DNA of 64,000 bases from an uncultured Faecalibaculum sp. (lineage in GTDB: Bacteria; Bacillota_I; Bacilli_A; Erysipelotrichales; Erysipelotrichaceae), in assembly GCF_910588395.1 (NCBI RefSeq), contig NZ_CAJUPA010000004.1, positions 18,088 to 82,087 of the forward strand. The letters run 5' to 3'. Numbering within the stretch: the stretch's first letter is position 1; the number at the start of each line of letters is the position of its first letter. Positions 59,502-64,000 of this stretch are shown here, one piece after another. Both the position numbers and the translations under genes were made by a program. The notes under the pieces are model-generated. The model saw only the letters and a list, made by a program, of their open reading frames with translations. It did not search any database and was not told where the DNA came from.

Positions 59502-59882
59502 ATGAGGAACAACGAAAACAGGAATATTTCCATTTATGACCCGATGAATGCCCGGGATGTGGACCAACTCACGAAAATCATAGTATTCCGGGAACTGGAT
59601 CTGTTTGACGAACAGGACCTGATTCCCATTGACCGCTACGAACAGGGCACACTTCTGGAGCGGTTCCCTTCCCTGGAAAACTGCTTCTGTCTGGTGCGTC
59701 ACGACCGTCTGATCTGCGTCATTGGCTGCTTCATGGATGAAGTCATACCGGAGGAATATCCGGACATGGTGGTGAACATCTTTTCCGGCCCCCAGCTCAT
59801 GCAGGTGGACAAGGCGGATCTGGCCCTTGTCTGGGACAGACGGATGGAATTTCATAATTCAGACAGTCATATCCAGGCATAG
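59502..59882 (+). CDS. Hypothetical acidic protein
   Basis: 126-aa ORF with a TATACT -10 box 6 nt before the ATG. Confidence 0.7.
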   Translation: MRNNENRNISIYDPMNARDVDQLTKIIVFRELDLFDEQDLIPIDRYEQGTLLERFPSLENCFCLVRHDRLICVIGCFMDEVIPEEYPDMVVNIFSGPQLMQVDKADLALVWDRRMEFHNSDSHIQA

Positions 59883-59994
59883 ATGTAAGCGTTTCAGTGG
59901 AACAATTTTTGTGACTGTGGTATCCTTTAGCCATCTCCTTCTAGACCATACATGAGCAGGACCGCTGCATGCCGGTCCTGTTTGTGGGTACACC

Positions 59995-60027
59995 CAAAAG
60001 ACCCGCTCAATCTGAGCGGGTCTTTTG
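59995..60027. terminator. Bidirectional terminator at the end of the pilus operon
   Basis: CAAAAGACCCGCTCA-ATC-TGAGCGGGTCTTTTG. Confidence 0.85.
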
Positions 60028-60029
60028 CG

Positions 60030-60755
60030 TCACCGGCTCTGCCTGTGCCGGCTGAAAAGGAGAAGAACGATGAACACACATGACACCAGAAGCAGTCCTG
60101 TCCACTGCATCCAGCCTGTTTCTTCGGAAGTGTTTGGGCGGCCCGGTTTCTGCGGCGTATCCGGCTTGTCCGGCTTCGTCAATTTCTTCGGATCCGACTT
60201 GGGTGTCGCCACCACATCATATTCATATACGGGGATCTCACTGCCCTCTTCATAGATGGCTCTGGGCAGCGAGATCAGGAAAGGAGGCATGGCTTCGTAA
60301 CCGGGAGCAGCTTCCGGCTGGGTAATGAGCCAGAGCCCCAGAGAAATGTCGTGGTCTGCCGTGGAGAAATCCGCAATGCCCGTGGAGGGCACGGTTTCCG
60401 ACTCCCCTGCCATGTTCTGTTCCTGGGCATACTGCATGAGCATCCGGGACAGTTCATGGTTCACATCCAGATCATGGTGAGAGAGCTGTTCATTCAGCCG
60501 CTCATCCGTCACCGCAGAAGCAAAAGCCGGCAAGGCGGAAAACGCATATCCGGTATCCGTCTGAACGATATCCGCTACCTTATATATGGTAATGGTTCCA
60601 CCGGGAACCGGATCTCCCTGGGGTGTGTGCACCTCGAACTTCAGAGAAGCGGGATGATTCAGATCAATATAGTCCAGCTGTTCGGCATGGACAGGAAGCC
60701 CCACAAGCAGCAGGATTGCTGTCAGGCAGGCTGCCAGTTTACGAATCACGTTCAT
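60030..60755 (-). CDS. Minor/basal pilin-like surface protein
   Basis: Signal peptide (VHA), ITIYKVA, GLWLITQ..AAPGY, ATPK, RPNTS + TM + basic tail. Confidence 0.8.
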   Translation of the reverse strand: MNVIRKLAACLTAILLLVGLPVHAEQLDYIDLNHPASLKFEVHTPQGDPVPGGTITIYKVADIVQTDTGYAFSALPAFASAVTDERLNEQLSHHDLDVNHELSRMLMQYAQEQNMAGESETVPSTGIADFSTADHDISLGLWLITQPEAAPGYEAMPPFLISLPRAIYEEGSEIPVYEYDVVATPKSDPKKLTKPDKPDTPQKPGRPNTSEETGWMQWTGLLLVSCVFIVLLLFSRHRQSR

Positions 60756-61587
60756 CAGGTTCTCCTTTCGTTTTCGGTTTCCTGGTTCTGATCAGAAGCA
60801 GTATGAATAGAATAATAAGAATCGGTATCGCAATGCACAGAGCCACCAGTTTGGTATCAATCTGACCCGCATCCGAAGCAGCTTCCCACTCCGTGAGATT
60901 CTCCACCCGGTGTCCCGTAATCAGGATCCGGTGGGTGTTGATCCCATAGGGTGTGCAGGTCACCAGCGTCAGCAGATCCTTGTCCGGATCAATGGCCAGT
61001 CCTTCAATTTCCTTCGGCTCCACAATGCGGATCGTATCCACCTGATACGTCAGCGTCTCGTTCAGGACTTTCAGAATGACATAATCGTCTTCCACCACCC
61101 GGTCCAGATCGGTAAACAGCTTCGCCGATGGAAGTCCACGGTGCCCGGTAATGACGGTATGAGTTCCAATACCACCTACCGGCAATGAGGATCCTTCCAA
61201 ATGCCCTGCACCAGCCGCCAGGACTTCTTCGGAAGTTCCACGATAGATGGGCAGTGAGATGTCCACAGAAGGAACGGAGATGGATCCCATGACAGATGAA
61301 TCCGCCACGGAGAGCTGCTTTTCATAAGAAGCATGTTCCTCATCTGTGGGATTGAAGCGTCCGGGATTGGAAGCCAGATCAGCGTTATAAGCACGGGCGG
61401 TTTCCATCAGTTCATCATACTGAGACGTATCCAGATTCTGAACAGCTTCGGTATAGTTGGCAACAGCATGAGAGGCCATATTGTTGTTCCACCAGTTCGC
61501 CACTGTCGGATAGGCAAGGAGTCCAAGCCCGATTACAAATACGATGACAATGACAATCGTAGATAAATGGTTCTTTATAAACTTCAA
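60739..61587 (-). CDS. srtC: Class C sortase
   Basis: GHLEGSSLPVGG, ITGHRGLP, TLVTCTPYGINTHR, N- and C-terminal TM segments; TTG start. Confidence 0.95.
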   Translation of the reverse strand: MKFIKNHLSTIVIVIVFVIGLGLLAYPTVANWWNNNMASHAVANYTEAVQNLDTSQYDELMETARAYNADLASNPGRFNPTDEEHASYEKQLSVADSSVMGSISVPSVDISLPIYRGTSEEVLAAGAGHLEGSSLPVGGIGTHTVITGHRGLPSAKLFTDLDRVVEDDYVILKVLNETLTYQVDTIRIVEPKEIEGLAIDPDKDLLTLVTCTPYGINTHRILITGHRVENLTEWEAASDAGQIDTKLVALCIAIPILIILFILLLIRTRKPKTKGEPDERDS

Positions 61588-61695
61588 GTCATCATCCCTT
61601 TCAGTGAAGTCTGGAAAACCAGGAAGTCTTTCCTGGCTTTCCAGACTGAAGGAGAGAGATTCCATCAGCCTGAAAAAGATTTAGGAGTAAACTGA

Positions 61696-63342
61696 TCAGT
61701 CTTTGCGAGTCCGCTTGTTGGTTACATAGACAACAGCCGCACCGGCTACCATGAGAGCACCTGCACCGTAGATCAGGGTTGTACCCATACCACCGGTTTC
61801 GGGAAGAGTAGCCCGGTTAGAGTTCTTAATTGTAGCTGTAACAGCACCAGTACTTGTATCACCATTTACAGCTGTTCCCTTATCTACCGAAACATTCAGA
61901 GCAGTCAATGCTGTACTGGGGCTTGTTCCATCCCATTGATTATCGTTCTTCGTAGTGGATGTAATAGTAATCTCAAAGGGATTTTCTGGAAGTACATATC
62001 CATCAACAGTTTTAGTTTCTTTCAGATAATACGTGCCAGCATCAAGTCCTGCAATTGCGAATGTACCATTGGTACCAGTTTTCAAGACTTTTGTTCCTTC
62101 ATCTTCAGAAATTGATTCACCAGAATCAGCCCATTTTACGAATTTGCCATCTTTGACAACCGCTACTCTGTGGTTATCCTTATCGCTTGTATCCCATAAT
62201 TCAAACTCAACGTCTGACAGTTTGATCTGGTCATTAGCGTTATCTACCTTATTTACATCCAGTTCATAGGTAAATACGATTACAGTATCCTCTGGAGTTT
62301 CTTTGGTGGAATTGGAGTCGCTTGGGTTATTGGAGTATTCAAGTTTTACTGTGTTGGGGTTTCCTTCCAAGCCAATAACTGCATTGCTGTTCAGAGAAGC
62401 ATTGAAATTTACCCGAATATCTGCACCTGCGGTAGCTGAAGAGATTGCTTTCAGGTCTGTAATTGTAATACTGAATGACTGAGTTTCATCATCATTCGTC
62501 GTAACAGCCGAAACAGTATAGCTATTTGCATCGAGTGTTGTTCCTCCAATTACCACAGCAATACTAGTGGTATCTAAAGTCAAACCTTTGCTCATTGTAT
62601 CCTTGAATACATATTTATAGGTCTCATATTGGCTGATATTAGTTGGAACTTTTGAATAGAAAGAGAAGGGAATTGTCTCACCAATATTGTAGTCTGCTAC
62701 ATCATTGTATTTTTCACCATAGGGACTATCATTAGTTACATCGTGATCATCTTCTTTAACTTTCTTCGTAACAGTCGGTTTATCATTTTTCAGTTCAACA
62801 ACCACTTTGTCTTCAGCACCGCCTACCACTTCAAGTAAAGCGGGGTTGACAACATCCGGGTTTTTTTCTGTCGTATCAACAATTACATAATAGCCCTGTT
62901 TCAACTGTGTTCCATTCGCAGGAATAGTAATTCCATTTCCCATTACGTTATCGGCTGCAAGTCGAGCAAAAGTAATAGCTACATCGCTTGATCCATTATA
63001 GTTTTTCAACACCTGGGCAACATCTGTCGCTGTTGTACAGTCTTTAAAAATGTTTTCCCCATCTGTTTCAAATGCTTGATTTGCCTTGATTGCGGTTAAG
63101 AAAGCTGTTGAGTTAATACCTTCTCCCCAGTTAATATCTGTAACTGTATTATCTGTTGATACAGTTCCACTGAAGACCTGATAGGCAGTAAACGTATGGT
63201 CTTTGAGAAGCTGTCCATCACCAGAAGCCTCAATCGAGACATTTGCCGCAGCAATCGGCATTGCATTGATCAGGGAAGCCACAGGAGTCATTGCCATAGA
63301 GAGTGCCATTGCACCAGCAGCGATCAATTTGTTTGTTTTCAT
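61696..63342 (-). CDS. Major (backbone) pilin, SpaH/EbpC-like
   Basis: Signal peptide, D2-type KDTMSKGL/LEYSNNP, E-box YYLKETK..DGY, LPETGG + TM + KRTRK. Confidence 0.92.
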   Translation of the reverse strand: MKTNKLIAAGAMALSMAMTPVASLINAMPIAAANVSIEASGDGQLLKDHTFTAYQVFSGTVSTDNTVTDINWGEGINSTAFLTAIKANQAFETDGENIFKDCTTATDVAQVLKNYNGSSDVAITFARLAADNVMGNGITIPANGTQLKQGYYVIVDTTEKNPDVVNPALLEVVGGAEDKVVVELKNDKPTVTKKVKEDDHDVTNDSPYGEKYNDVADYNIGETIPFSFYSKVPTNISQYETYKYVFKDTMSKGLTLDTTSIAVVIGGTTLDANSYTVSAVTTNDDETQSFSITITDLKAISSATAGADIRVNFNASLNSNAVIGLEGNPNTVKLEYSNNPSDSNSTKETPEDTVIVFTYELDVNKVDNANDQIKLSDVEFELWDTSDKDNHRVAVVKDGKFVKWADSGESISEDEGTKVLKTGTNGTFAIAGLDAGTYYLKETKTVDGYVLPENPFEITITSTTKNDNQWDGTSPSTALTALNVSVDKGTAVNGDTSTGAVTATIKNSNRATLPETGGMGTTLIYGAGALMVAGAAVVYVTNKRTRKD

Positions 63343-63401
63343 AATGTTTCCTTTCTAAAATTCTGTTTTTGAATGATTCAATTGTTTGGAGGGTTGGGAG
63401 G

Positions 63402-64000
63402 TTAGTGAGCTTCACCTCCCTTTCTGTTCCGTCTCCGTTTATATCTGTACAGTCCAGTTCCGGTTAGGAGGAGGATCGTTCCGGTGGCTGTATAGATCTT
63501 TGTTCCAGCGCTTCCTGTTTCGGGAAGTTCGTACAGTATTGCTTTGTTTGTTACATCAACTGCATAGTAAGCACTCGCATTTTCATTGTTGTCGAATGAA
63601 ATCTCAATGATTGGATTTTCAGGAATTTCGTAGCCATCAGGAGCTTTCACTTCTTTTAGCCAATATTTGCTTTCAGGCAAATCCGAAATTTCAATCAAGC
63701 CGTCAGGATTTGTTTTATATGTATCAACGAATTCTGTACAATATTCGTCCTTATACAGTTCAAATACTGCATTGGATAATTTGACCGACTTATCATCATT
63801 GAATTTAGTGATTACCAGCCTATTGGAAATCTTCGTATTCGTAATTGTGAATTCTATGTTTCCTGGTGTACTGATTTCAACAGTTTTCTTCACCCAGATT
63901 TTCCCTCTAGTATAAAGTTTGGCTTTATCAGCATTTGACCCCTGCTTGAAGCTGGTTCCAAATGAACCGTTACTAAACGTCACATTATCTGGATTAGTTT
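63402..64000 (-). CDS. LPXTG-anchored pilin/adhesin, C-terminal part (continues beyond the window)
   Basis: Frame open to the window end; E-box YWLKEVKAPDGY; LPETG + TM + KRRRNRK. Confidence 0.88.
   Translation of the reverse strand, partial: TNPDNVTFSNGSFGTSFKQGSNADKAKLYTRGKIWVKKTVEISTPGNIEFTITNTKISNRLVITKFNDDKSVKLSNAVFELYKDEYCTEFVDTYKTNPDGLIEISDLPESKYWLKEVKAPDGYEIPENPIIEISFDNNENASAYYAVDVTNKAILYELPETGSAGTKIYTATGTILLLTGTGLYRYKRRRNRKGGEAH

Overview
High-GC Firmicutes chromosomal segment. Gene content and sorting signals suggest Erysipelotrichaceae (Faecalibaculum-like); this is an impression, not a database result. Most of it is core or metabolic: EndA-type nuclease, nagA, rsmF-like, tRNA-Leu(TAG), tRNA-Thr(CGT), an amino-acid ABC transporter, oppABCDF, ppk1, a Gat-type PTS operon with araD, rlmD, htpG, deoC, manA, feoAAB, a SNF2 helicase, infC-rpmI-rplT with the L20 leader, a split B12 methionine synthase cluster and an AT-rich sortase C pilus locus. 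I saw no integrase, transposase or CRISPR array. The best candidate for an undescribed system is at 44.85-45.76 kb: a type I toxin-antitoxin-like locus with a 59-aa hydrophobic peptide, two tandem antisense structured RNAs (conserved stems, variable loops), 5'-3' fold-back pairing and flanking ~50-bp palindromes. Other signals: a 29-bp direct repeat bracketing the PTS-araD operon, two orphan sRNA candidates, an orphan PemK-like multidomain protein with a structured leader, recurrent leaderless-gene promoters, perfect tandem duplications (two cause frameshifts), a frameshifted feoB with a triple operator, and mosaic GC content inside the pilin genes.
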